From Vibrio vulnificus CMCP6 (GTDB lineage: Bacteria; Pseudomonadota; Gammaproteobacteria; Enterobacterales; Vibrionaceae): a stretch of 32,000 nucleotides of DNA. Both the position numbers and the translations under genes were made by a program. The notes beneath the pieces were generated by a model. That model worked only from the letters and a program-made list of their open reading frames with translations, had not been told where the DNA came from and did no database searches. The DNA is taken from the NCBI RefSeq assembly GCF_000039765.1, contig NC_004460.2, positions 1-32,000 on the forward strand, written 5' to 3'. Shown in pieces: positions 9,944-18,129 of this stretch (positions within the stretch are counted from its first letter, which is position 1; every line of letters begins with the position of its first letter).

Positions 9944-10612
9944 TTAGTGATCAAATCCATGATTGGCAGGTAATTCGTAAACCCATGCACTGCTCCCTTT
10001 TCCTTCAATTTTAATTTGTCCTTCAGGATGGCCAATAAAACCTAAAATTGAAGTTTTTCCGAAAGTAAACGTAACGGGATAACTTTGACCCTCTAGTTCA
10101 AAATTTCCCGACCACATACGAATACCTTCATTCTGAAATTCGTTGTTATCAATTTGGATATCAATGTTGTCATTACTTGGTAAACTCATTGTGATGACAT
10201 CGCCCTCATTGAGTGCTTTAAACTGATTAATATCTGTAATTTCAACGGCTTTAATATTCTCTATGTATGGGCTGGTCGGTTTAAAACGCTCGATCTCTTG
10301 TTGAGGATTAGTGTCTGACCAGACTGAATCGAATTTTTGCGGTTGTTTTATCTTCTCTTCTGTGATGACGACTTCTTCTTTGATGCTTTCTTCTGGTTTT
10401 TGGGACGTCTCAATAGTCGTTTCGATAGGCTGAATATCAACAGCTAAATTATCTGAAGAAGAGATTTTATTCTCTCTTATCACTTCATTTTGGTTGTTTG
10501 ATTTTTCTTCAGTAATAACGTTTTTATTTAATTCAATGTCACTGTTAAAAAATAATACGGCTGAAAAAACAGCAACGGCCATAACAGATAATAATGCTAA
10601 TTTAAAATTCAC
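9944..10612 (-). CDS. Hypothetical N-terminally anchored protein, possible propeptide-like partner of the adjacent metalloprotease
   Basis: 222-aa ORF; hydrophobic N-terminus LALLSVMAVAVFSAVLFF; Glu/Lys/Ile-rich linker; C-terminal 'GIRMWSGNFELEGQSYPVTFTFGKTSILGFIGHPEGQIKIEGKGSSAWVYELP'. Same strand as, and 47 nt upstream of, the protease. Confidence 0.7.
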   Translation of the reverse strand: MNFKLALLSVMAVAVFSAVLFFNSDIELNKNVITEEKSNNQNEVIRENKISSSDNLAVDIQPIETTIETSQKPEESIKEEVVITEEKIKQPQKFDSVWSDTNPQQEIERFKPTSPYIENIKAVEITDINQFKALNEGDVITMSLPSNDNIDIQIDNNEFQNEGIRMWSGNFELEGQSYPVTFTFGKTSILGFIGHPEGQIKIEGKGSSAWVYELPANHGFDH

Positions 10613-10916
10613 TTATATATTCCCGAGTTAACTAGTTATTGGGTCAATATAATTTGTTTTATAAAAAATAAATAAAATGAGTGTGATCTTGGTTCAAAAA
10701 CTTTTCTGCAGAAATTCAGTTTATTATTGTCATGTGAATATGTGCCTAACTTTAAATTTAAATGTCGAATAATTGTTTTTTCTCTGACATAAAAGGTGTG
10801 AGAGTTGTTCTCAGTAGAGTTTTTACTCAAGTGTGTCTTTTGTCAGTAATGCACTGATGCCGTGAATGTGCTTTTTGAGCGTAAAGCGCCAAATTTTGCT
10901 CAATTTAATGAGGTAA

Positions 10917-10957
10917 AATGTTCGAACGCTCATTTTGTGAGTGAGTTATCGAACACG
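10917..10957. promoter_or_regulatory. Putative tandem GlpR operators upstream of glpA
   Basis: AATGTTCGAACGCTCATTTT (10917-10936) and TGAGTGAGTTATCGAACACG (10938-10957); each has one strong half-site of the E. coli-type WATGTTCGWTAWCGAACATW consensus; centres 21 bp apart. Confidence 0.55.
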
Positions 10958-11012
10958 AAGGAAAAAAAATGACACACTATCAGTATGCTTATTAGTGAAT
11001 AGGAAGATACCT

Positions 11013-12656
11013 ATGGTGAGTTCCAGTCATTTTGAAACGGAAGTGGTGATCATTGGCGGTGGTGCGACGGGAACTGGCATTATGCGCGACTGTTCGTTGC
11101 GTGGCATTAGCTGCATTTTACTGGAAAAGGACGATATCGCTTCTGGTACCTCAGGGCGTAATCATGGTTTATTGCATTCAGGCGCTCGTTACGCTGTCAC
11201 TGACTCGGAGTCGGCGAAGGAGTGCATCCAGGAAAACAAGATTCTCAAAAACATTGCTCGTCATTGTGTCGAGCAAACCAGTGGCTTATTTATTACTCTG
11301 CCGGAAGACGATTTAGCGTTCCAAGACACTTTTATTCAACAATGTACGCTCGCAGGGATTGAAACAAAAAGGCTGACGCCGACTCAAGCCTTGGCGCTAG
11401 AACCTAATGTGAATCCGGCTTTGGTGGGCGCAGTGCAAGTGCCAGACGGCACACTCGATCCATTTCGTCTTTGTGCGTCCAATGTGCTTGATGCGAAAGA
11501 GCATGGCGGGCGTATCTTTAACCACACGCAAGTGGTCGGTTTGATTCGTCAGGGTGATCAGGTTCGCGGAGTGAAATGTCTTCACACGCTTACTGGCCAA
11601 GCTTTTGATATCTATGCGCGTGAAGTGATCAACGCCGCCGGTATTTGGGGGCAGAACATTTGTGAGTACGCCGATCTCAACATCAAGATGTTCCCTGCTA
11701 AGGGGTCATTGTTGATCTTGGATTATCGCATCAACAATTTGGTCATTAACCGTTGCCGCAAACCATCCGATGCCGACATCTTAGTGCCCGGCGACACCAT
11801 CTCTTTAATTGGTACAACCTCAGAACACATTGAATACGATCAAATTGACGACCTTCATGTGACTGAAAACGAAGTGGATGTGCTGTTAAGGGAAGGGGCA
11901 AAGCTGGCGCCTATTATGGCCAATACGCGAGTATTGCGCGCTTACGCGGGTGTGCGTCCATTAGTCGCGGTGGATGACGATGGTTCCGGTCGAAACATTA
12001 GTCGTGGCATTGTGCTGCTGGATCACGCTGAACGAGACGGTTTGAAAGGCCTGACGACCATCACAGGTGGTAAGTTGATGACCTATCGTCTGATGGCGGA
12101 ATGGGCGACCGATGTGGTGGCGAAAAAGATCGGTAACAACAAGGCATGTGAAACGCATATCAAGCCACTTCCGGGCTCGAACGAAATGCCTAAAGCGCAC
12201 AAAAAAACCGCCAGTATCGTTAAGCCTGTGTATGAGTCGGCGGTTTACCGCCATGGCGAACGCGCCGAGCAGTTTTTGAAAGACGATGACGAAAGCCAAA
12301 CCGTGATTTGCGAATGTGAGATGGTCACCAAAGGCGAAATTGAATACGCAATCAAGCAACTGGACGTCAGCAATTTGGTTGATTTGAGACGTCGCACTCG
12401 GTTGGGAATGGGACCTTGTCAGGGGGAACTGTGTAGTTACCGCGCTGCGAGTTTGTTTAGTCAGTATGGGCATCTTGACGGCACGGTTAGCGCCCATTTG
12501 CTGACGGAGTTTTTGGAAGAACGTTGGAAAGGGGTGAAGCCCATCTTCTGGGGGGATGCATTACGAGAATCTGAATTTAGCTATTGGATTTACGAAGGGC
12601 TATTTGGTGCCAGTGAACTACCGACCGTAGCAGATGAGGAGAACGCATCATGTTAA
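11013..12656 (+). CDS. glpA: Anaerobic glycerol-3-phosphate dehydrogenase subunit A
   Basis: 'TEVVIIGGGATGTGIMRDCSLRGISCILLEKDDIASGTSGRNHGLLHSGARYA', C-terminal Cys-containing region 'CECEMVTKGEIEYAI...GPCQGELC'; followed by glpB and glpC. Track ORF starts at 10941 (GTG inside the putative operator); ATG at 11013 with upstream AGGAAG is preferred. Confidence 0.96.
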   Translation: MVSSSHFETEVVIIGGGATGTGIMRDCSLRGISCILLEKDDIASGTSGRNHGLLHSGARYAVTDSESAKECIQENKILKNIARHCVEQTSGLFITLPEDDLAFQDTFIQQCTLAGIETKRLTPTQALALEPNVNPALVGAVQVPDGTLDPFRLCASNVLDAKEHGGRIFNHTQVVGLIRQGDQVRGVKCLHTLTGQAFDIYAREVINAAGIWGQNICEYADLNIKMFPAKGSLLILDYRINNLVINRCRKPSDADILVPGDTISLIGTTSEHIEYDQIDDLHVTENEVDVLLREGAKLAPIMANTRVLRAYAGVRPLVAVDDDGSGRNISRGIVLLDHAERDGLKGLTTITGGKLMTYRLMAEWATDVVAKKIGNNKACETHIKPLPGSNEMPKAHKKTASIVKPVYESAVYRHGERAEQFLKDDDESQTVICECEMVTKGEIEYAIKQLDVSNLVDLRRRTRLGMGPCQGELCSYRAASLFSQYGHLDGTVSAHLLTEFLEERWKGVKPIFWGDALRESEFSYWIYEGLFGASELPTVADEENASC

Positions 12657-13966
12657 ATTACGATATTGCTGTCATTGGCGGTGGCATCGCGGGTTACTGT
12701 GCGGCGCTAAATGCAATAGAGGCGGGCAAGAAAACCGTACTCATTAGCCAAGGCCAAAGCGCGTTGCATTTTTCATCAGGCTCGATTGATGTGATGGCAA
12801 AAACGCCGTCGGGTGAGCGGGTCGAGGCACCATTTTCTGCCATGGCTTCGCTGCCACAGCAGCATCCCGAACATCCCTACAGTAAAATGTTGCCAAACTT
12901 TGTTCGTCAATCGCTTTACTGGTTAGTGGATCAACTCAAAGAGCAAGGCTTACCACTGCATTGCCAGCAGGATGAATCAAACCATTATCGAATTACGCCA
13001 CTCGGTACACTCAAAGCGACATGGCTTTCTCAACCGTTTGTTTATCAACACCGTCAAAACGTTGCTTTTAAACGGCTGTTGTTTGTTGCGGTGGATGGCT
13101 ATCGAGATTTCCAGCCACTGTTGGCCAAAGACAATCTCAAAAAACACCCTGATTTTCAGCACTGCGAAATTGGTGAAATTCAGGTAACGATTCCAGGTTG
13201 TGAAGCCTTGCGTCGCAACCCCAATGAGCTGCGCTCGATTGATATTGCGCGTTTGCTCAAGCAGCCTCAAGCATTCAACAGTTTATGTCACCAACTGATG
13301 AAACACGCCACTCAAGAGGATCTGGTCATCATGCCTGCGATCATGGGCAACGGTGACGGACTGGTTCTGTTGCAGCAGTTGCGTCGTCAGACCAATCTCA
13401 CTTTGCATGAAGTGCCGACCATGCCGCCGTCTTTACTGGGTATTCGCATTGAAGAGGCATTGCAAAAGCGCTTCTTAAAACAGGGGGGCGTGTTGTTAAA
13501 AGGAGACCAAGTGCTCTCGGGCGAGTGGGATGAGCAAGGCCACTTGACGTCGATTTCCACGCGTAATCTCGGGGACATTCCACTGCATGCTCAAGCCTAC
13601 ATTCTGGCGTCAGGCAGTTATTTCAGCCAAGGGCTCAAAGCCAGTTTGGACAAGATTGTGGAACCTATTTTTGGTTTGGATATGGTGGCCAAGCCCCATC
13701 GCCGTCAGTGGCGAAACGATCAATTCTTTAGCGCATCAGCGCATCCATTCATGGCGTTTGGCGTGGAAACGGATGCGATGTTTCGTCCTTCATTAAATGG
13801 GCAAGTATGCCAAAACCTTTACTGCTGCGGCTCCGTGTTGTCGGGTTATGACCCGGTATTTGAAGGCTCGGGTGGAGGCGTAGCAGTATCCACTGCGCTG
13901 GCCGCCGTCCAAAGGGCAATGGGACTTAAGCAAGCAATGAGCGTTGAAGAGGAGTGCGTACTATGA
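12650..13966 (+). CDS. glpB: Anaerobic glycerol-3-phosphate dehydrogenase subunit B
   Basis: 'YDIAVIGGGIAGYCAALNAIEAGKKTVLISQGQSALHFSSGSIDVMA' and operon position overlapping glpA. Confidence 0.96.
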   Translation: MLNYDIAVIGGGIAGYCAALNAIEAGKKTVLISQGQSALHFSSGSIDVMAKTPSGERVEAPFSAMASLPQQHPEHPYSKMLPNFVRQSLYWLVDQLKEQGLPLHCQQDESNHYRITPLGTLKATWLSQPFVYQHRQNVAFKRLLFVAVDGYRDFQPLLAKDNLKKHPDFQHCEIGEIQVTIPGCEALRRNPNELRSIDIARLLKQPQAFNSLCHQLMKHATQEDLVIMPAIMGNGDGLVLLQQLRRQTNLTLHEVPTMPPSLLGIRIEEALQKRFLKQGGVLLKGDQVLSGEWDEQGHLTSISTRNLGDIPLHAQAYILASGSYFSQGLKASLDKIVEPIFGLDMVAKPHRRQWRNDQFFSASAHPFMAFGVETDAMFRPSLNGQVCQNLYCCGSVLSGYDPVFEGSGGGVAVSTALAAVQRAMGLKQAMSVEEECVL

Positions 13967-15186
13967 TGAATGCCTTTGCCAAACATGCGCCAACCAATAC
14001 CACGTTTGATCAATGCATTAAGTGCACTGTTTGTACGGTTTATTGCCCAGTAGCAAAAGCCAACCCACAATACCCAGGGCCAAAACAGTCTGGGCCAGAT
14101 GGCGAGCGTCTGCGCTTAAAAAATCCGGAATACTACGACGACTTACTCAAGTTATGCACCAACTGTAAACGCTGTGAAACCGCTTGTCCTTCAGGGGTAA
14201 AAATCGGGGACATCATTGCGGTCGCACGAGGAAAATACGGCAAGAAAACGCTCAATCCTAAGTTAATGCGCGATTTTGTCTTAAGCCATACGGATTTGTT
14301 TGGTTCATTGGCCACGCCAGTTGCGCCCATCGTCAATAAAATCACCAGTTTGAAACCGGTGAAAAGTTTGATGCACAAAACTATTGGCGTCGATAAGCAC
14401 AAAGATCTGCCGAAGTATTCGCACGGAACGTTTCGTAGTTGGTACAAGAAGCAAGCGCAAACCCAAGCACAGTTTGCTCGTCAAGTGAGTTACTTCCACG
14501 GCTGCTATGTCAACTATAACCATCCACAGCTTGGCAAAGATTTAGTAAAAGTGCTCAATGCGATGGGGTACGGAGTGCAGTTGCTGAAAAAAGAGAAATG
14601 CTGTGGCGTGCCTTTAATTGCCAACGGTTTTCATGAAAAAGCACGTAAGAATGCCAATCTCAACATCAGCATGATTGAGCAATCGGTAGAGCAAGACAGA
14701 ACGGTGATCTCTACCTCTTCGACCTGTTCTTTTACGTTGCAACAAGAATACCCACATGTGTTGGGTGTTGAAAATCAGCATGTGGTGAATCGGATCGAGT
14801 ACGTGACTCGCTTTTTGCTGAAAGCCTTTATGAGTGGCTATGCGCCATCCATGAAACCCATTAACAAAAAAGTGGTGTATCACACGCCTTGTCACCTTGA
14901 GCGCAGCGGCAATGTGATGTTCACTTTAGAGTTGCTACGCATGATCCCCGGACTTGAGCTGGTAGTGTTAGACAGTGAGTGTTGTGGCTTAGCAGGCACT
15001 TATGGCTTTAAAGAAGAAAACTACCAAACGTCGATGAAAATTGGTTCCCACTTATTTGAGACGATAAAAACATCTCAAGCGGATTTCGCCATTACCGATT
15101 GCGAAACCTGCAAATGGCAAATCGAAGAAAATACCCAATTGGAGACCATTCATCCCATCAGCTTATTGGCGATGGCGCTGGAATAA
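13963..15186 (+). CDS. glpC: Anaerobic glycerol-3-phosphate dehydrogenase subunit C
   Basis: Two 4Fe-4S motifs 'CIKCTVCTVYCPVAKA' and 'CTNCKRCETACPSGV'; CCG motifs 'EKCCGVPLIANG' and 'SECCGLAGTYGFK'. ATGA overlap with glpB places the likely start at 13963 rather than 13954. Confidence 0.96.
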   Translation: MMNAFAKHAPTNTTFDQCIKCTVCTVYCPVAKANPQYPGPKQSGPDGERLRLKNPEYYDDLLKLCTNCKRCETACPSGVKIGDIIAVARGKYGKKTLNPKLMRDFVLSHTDLFGSLATPVAPIVNKITSLKPVKSLMHKTIGVDKHKDLPKYSHGTFRSWYKKQAQTQAQFARQVSYFHGCYVNYNHPQLGKDLVKVLNAMGYGVQLLKKEKCCGVPLIANGFHEKARKNANLNISMIEQSVEQDRTVISTSSTCSFTLQQEYPHVLGVENQHVVNRIEYVTRFLLKAFMSGYAPSMKPINKKVVYHTPCHLERSGNVMFTLELLRMIPGLELVVLDSECCGLAGTYGFKEENYQTSMKIGSHLFETIKTSQADFAITDCETCKWQIEENTQLETIHPISLLAMALE

Positions 15187-15209
15187 GCAGCAATCGGTCA
15201 TCGGAATAC

Positions 15210-15247
15210 CCCCTAACCGTTGGCGCAGCAACGCCAGCGGTTAGGGG
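15210..15247. terminator. Strong hairpin at the glpC 3' end, possible terminator or 3' stabiliser
   Basis: CCCCTAACCG-T-TGGCG / CGCCA-G-CGGTTAGGGG, 15 Watson-Crick pairs plus one T/G pair, 6-nt loop; no good T-run follows. Confidence 0.6.
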
Positions 15248-15293
15248 CTGTAATGCTTAATTAAATGTTTCTTTTGGCGAAAAATCGCTTTAG

Positions 15294-15905
15294 TTAAACA
15301 TCTCTTTGTTGCAGTTTTTCTTGTAACTCATCCAGCTTAGTGACCGTGATGGACGCTAGACTGGCAAACCCTTTATCTTCCCCATTGGTCACAAGGCAAG
15401 AGGGCATGTCTGCGTTGTAGGCCGCTTCAAGATCGTAGAGATAATCTCCCACGTACAGTATTTGATGGGGTTCTAGTTGCCATTGTGTAGCCAATTGAAT
15501 TAAGGCTTCTGGGTCGGGTTTTGGCGCGCAGTGTTCTCGTGTGATCAAATGCTCGATGTCTATTTGTGTCTGTTCGAGCTTGAGCTGACTGGCTTGCAAG
15601 CAATTACGAGTCACGATTGCTGATTTGATCTGCTGCTGTTTCAGATAGTGAAGCAAGGCGTGGCAGCCAGGCAAAGGCTGCGCGTGTTTGGCATCGGACA
15701 GTTCGTGATCCAAAATAGTTTGCTCTGCATGCCGTTGTGCTTGCTTATCGGTCATTGCCTCCACAAAGCAAAGTAGGTCGATCTCCTGCGGGCAACCGAG
15801 CTGTTGACGAAGCTGTGAAAAATTGAGTTCGCAGCTGACAAGGGTGTTGTCCAAATCAAAAATAATGGCTCGTATTTCATTGATTTCTAATGTGATTGGT
15901 TTCAT
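15294..15905 (-). CDS. HAD-superfamily hydrolase (subfamily IA)
   Basis: Motif I 'IIFDLDNTLVSCELNF', motif II 'SAIVTRNC', motif III/IV 'HCAPKPDPEALIQLATQWQLEPHQILYVGDYLYDLEAA'. Confidence 0.92.
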   Translation of the reverse strand: MKPITLEINEIRAIIFDLDNTLVSCELNFSQLRQQLGCPQEIDLLCFVEAMTDKQAQRHAEQTILDHELSDAKHAQPLPGCHALLHYLKQQQIKSAIVTRNCLQASQLKLEQTQIDIEHLITREHCAPKPDPEALIQLATQWQLEPHQILYVGDYLYDLEAAYNADMPSCLVTNGEDKGFASLASITVTKLDELQEKLQQRDV

Positions 15906-16004
15906 GAGCGCCCTTATGTTTGTGGCATTAAAAAGAGTTTATCCCTTTACTTGAGTTTTATACGACGATAAGTTGAACATGTCTCGAAAATCAGAAGGAA
16001 ATCT

Positions 16005-17084
16005 TTGATGAAAAAGGATTTACGTGCGCATTGCCACACCATTATTGCGGGCAATCACGAGCAAAGCCCGGCAGAACATTTCTACGCGATGGCGAAATGG
16101 TGTGAAGAACACCAAGTGAAGCACGATGTGTATGGTGATGGGGAATTCATCAACTCATTCCAACAAAAAGTAGCCGACCTTTTAGGCTTTGAAGCGGGTT
16201 TGTTTGTTATCACGGGCACCATGACGCAGGCCACGGCCCTTGAGTTGGTGTGCCGTAAAAAACGCAATCCTGTGGTCGCGATGCATGAATCCAGTCATAT
16301 TTATCGTTTTGAACGTCAGGGTTATCAACTGCAGAATCGTTTTTCCATCTTGCCTCTGGGCGATATGTTCCGACCTTGGACAGCAAAAGATCTCAACGCC
16401 TGGCCAGATGAAATTTCAGCGGTCCTGTATGAGCTGCCAATGCGTGAGTTAGGCGGGCAATTGCCAAGTTGGGACGAACTCAATGACATCAAAGCCGAGT
16501 GTGAACACCGCGACATTCACCTCCATATGGATGGTGCTCGTTTATGGGAGTGCGCCGCCTATTATCAAAAGTCGTACAAAGAGATTGCCACGGGTTTTCA
16601 GTCGGCTTATGTCTCTCTCTATAAGGGCATCAATGGCTTAGGGGGATCATTGCTACTCGGGGACAAGCAATTCATCGAGCAGGCGTCGATTTGGATGAAG
16701 CGCCAAGGTGGCAATGTGTATCATCGCACGCCTTACGTGGTGTCGGCTGCAATGCAGTTTGATCAGCAATTGGCGAAAATGCCAGCGCTGTTTGCGCGCA
16801 CTCAGCAGATCTACCAAATCCTCCGCGAGTTCCCACAGCTGGCTGTGAGCCCGTATGAGCCGCACGCCAACATGCTGCACTTGATTGTGCCGCTGAGCGT
16901 TGAGAACGCCATCGAGTTGCGTGATCGAGTGGCAGAGCAAAAAGGCATTTGGTTAGGGCATCCACAAACCACGCAACACCCCGATCAATCGATCTTCGAG
17001 TGGTATGTGGGCGATAGGTTGCTCAACATCGCTGATGATCAGTTGCGTGAAGTGTTGGCTTACTTAGCAAATGCAGAGTGTTGA
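16005..17084 (+). CDS. PLP-dependent beta-eliminating lyase / low-specificity threonine-aldolase-like protein
   Basis: 'HDVYGDGEFINSFQQKVADLLGFEAGLFVITGTMTQATALEL', 'HLHMDGARLWECAAYY', PLP-lysine region 'SAYVSLYKGINGLGGSLLLGD'. Confidence 0.88.
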   Translation: MMKKDLRAHCHTIIAGNHEQSPAEHFYAMAKWCEEHQVKHDVYGDGEFINSFQQKVADLLGFEAGLFVITGTMTQATALELVCRKKRNPVVAMHESSHIYRFERQGYQLQNRFSILPLGDMFRPWTAKDLNAWPDEISAVLYELPMRELGGQLPSWDELNDIKAECEHRDIHLHMDGARLWECAAYYQKSYKEIATGFQSAYVSLYKGINGLGGSLLLGDKQFIEQASIWMKRQGGNVYHRTPYVVSAAMQFDQQLAKMPALFARTQQIYQILREFPQLAVSPYEPHANMLHLIVPLSVENAIELRDRVAEQKGIWLGHPQTTQHPDQSIFEWYVGDRLLNIADDQLREVLAYLANAEC

Positions 17085-17133
17085 TAATAAGAAACATCAG
17101 CTAGACAACGTCAGTAAAAGGAGTCGTGACGTC

Positions 17134-18126
17134 ATGATCATCCCCAAATCACTGAAGCCTGGCGATACGATAGGCTTTTTCTCACCATCTTCTCCGGTGA
17201 CGCACTTTGCACCAGAGCGTTTTGCACGAGCGAAACAATACGTTGAGAAATGGGGCTACCAACTAAAAGCGGGGAGCCTAACGGGAAAGAGCGATACTTA
17301 TCGCTCGGGCTCGATTGCCGAGCGTGTTGAAGAGCTTAATGCACTGATTCGCGCCCCAGAAGTGCGATGCATTATGTCGACCATTGGTGGCTACAACAGC
17401 AACTCATTGCTCCCTTATCTGGATTATCAAGCGCTTCGTGACGATCCGAAAATCATCGTCGGTTATTCGGATGTGACCGCACTCCTGATGGGCATTTATG
17501 CGCAAACGGGCATCGTGACCTTCTATGGCCCAGCTCTGGTCGCGTCACTGGGGGAGTTTCCTCCATTAGTGGATGAAACGTTCCAATCTTTTACCGACAT
17601 TGTTCAATCACTGGAAAATCTGCATCACACCTATGTAATGCCGCAAGGATGGAGTGATGAGTATGTGCCTTGGCATTTGCAATCGACCAGTAAACACACT
17701 AACCCTAACCAATGGCATTTTGCAGGACAGGGCGTGGTGACAGGCAGAATCATTGGTGGCAACCTCAATACCATGTCTGGGATTTGGGCCTCGTCGTACA
17801 TGCCGAAAATCCAGCAAGGCGATATCTTGCTGTTGGAAGATTGCTTGCAAGGCATTGAAGTGGTGGAACGCGCTTTTGCGATGTTGAAGCTCAATGGTGT
17901 GTTCGACAAGGTCGGAGCTATCGTGTTGGGCAAGCACGAGCTGTTTAACCACAAAGGTACAGGAAGGCAACCGATCGACGTCTTGAACGAAGTGCTCAAT
18001 GGTCAATCGGTGCCAATTTTATGGGACTTCGACAGTTGCCATACCCATCCTATGCTCACGGTGCCTCTTGGTGCCACCATGACCATCGATTTTGATCAAA
18101 AAACGGTCAGCGTCTCCCTTGAGTGA
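17134..18126 (+). CDS. S66-family peptidase (LD-carboxypeptidase / MccF-like)
   Basis: 'PKSLKPGDTIGFFSPSSP', 'VRCIMSTIGGYNSNSLLPYLDYQALRDDPKIIVGYSDVTALLMGIYAQTGIVTFYGP', 'GLFHTHPMLTVPLGA'-like end (read as 'DSCHTHPMLTVPLGATMTID'). ATG at 17134 preferred over the track start 17071. Confidence 0.92.
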   Translation: MIIPKSLKPGDTIGFFSPSSPVTHFAPERFARAKQYVEKWGYQLKAGSLTGKSDTYRSGSIAERVEELNALIRAPEVRCIMSTIGGYNSNSLLPYLDYQALRDDPKIIVGYSDVTALLMGIYAQTGIVTFYGPALVASLGEFPPLVDETFQSFTDIVQSLENLHHTYVMPQGWSDEYVPWHLQSTSKHTNPNQWHFAGQGVVTGRIIGGNLNTMSGIWASSYMPKIQQGDILLLEDCLQGIEVVERAFAMLKLNGVFDKVGAIVLGKHELFNHKGTGRQPIDVLNEVLNGQSVPILWDFDSCHTHPMLTVPLGATMTIDFDQKTVSVSLE

Positions 18127-18129
18127 GGT

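Noticed and set aside
10636-10830. 64-aa minus-strand ORF upstream of the protease partner gene
   Set aside because: AT-rich, no recognisable domain and no evident SD; more likely leader or non-coding sequence. Kept only as part of the AT-rich island observation.
10780-10910. Possible CRP sites upstream of glpA (TGTGA-like half-sites)
   Set aside because: Only isolated half-sites were visible; none had an acceptable second half at the right spacing.
11961-12497. 178-aa minus-strand ORF inside glpA
   Set aside because: Antisense to conserved glpA with no domain or start-site support.
17608-18006. Two long overlapping minus-strand ORFs (132 and 122 aa) inside the S66 peptidase gene
   Set aside because: Both are shadow frames of a conserved gene; having two overlapping frames supports compositional chance rather than coding.
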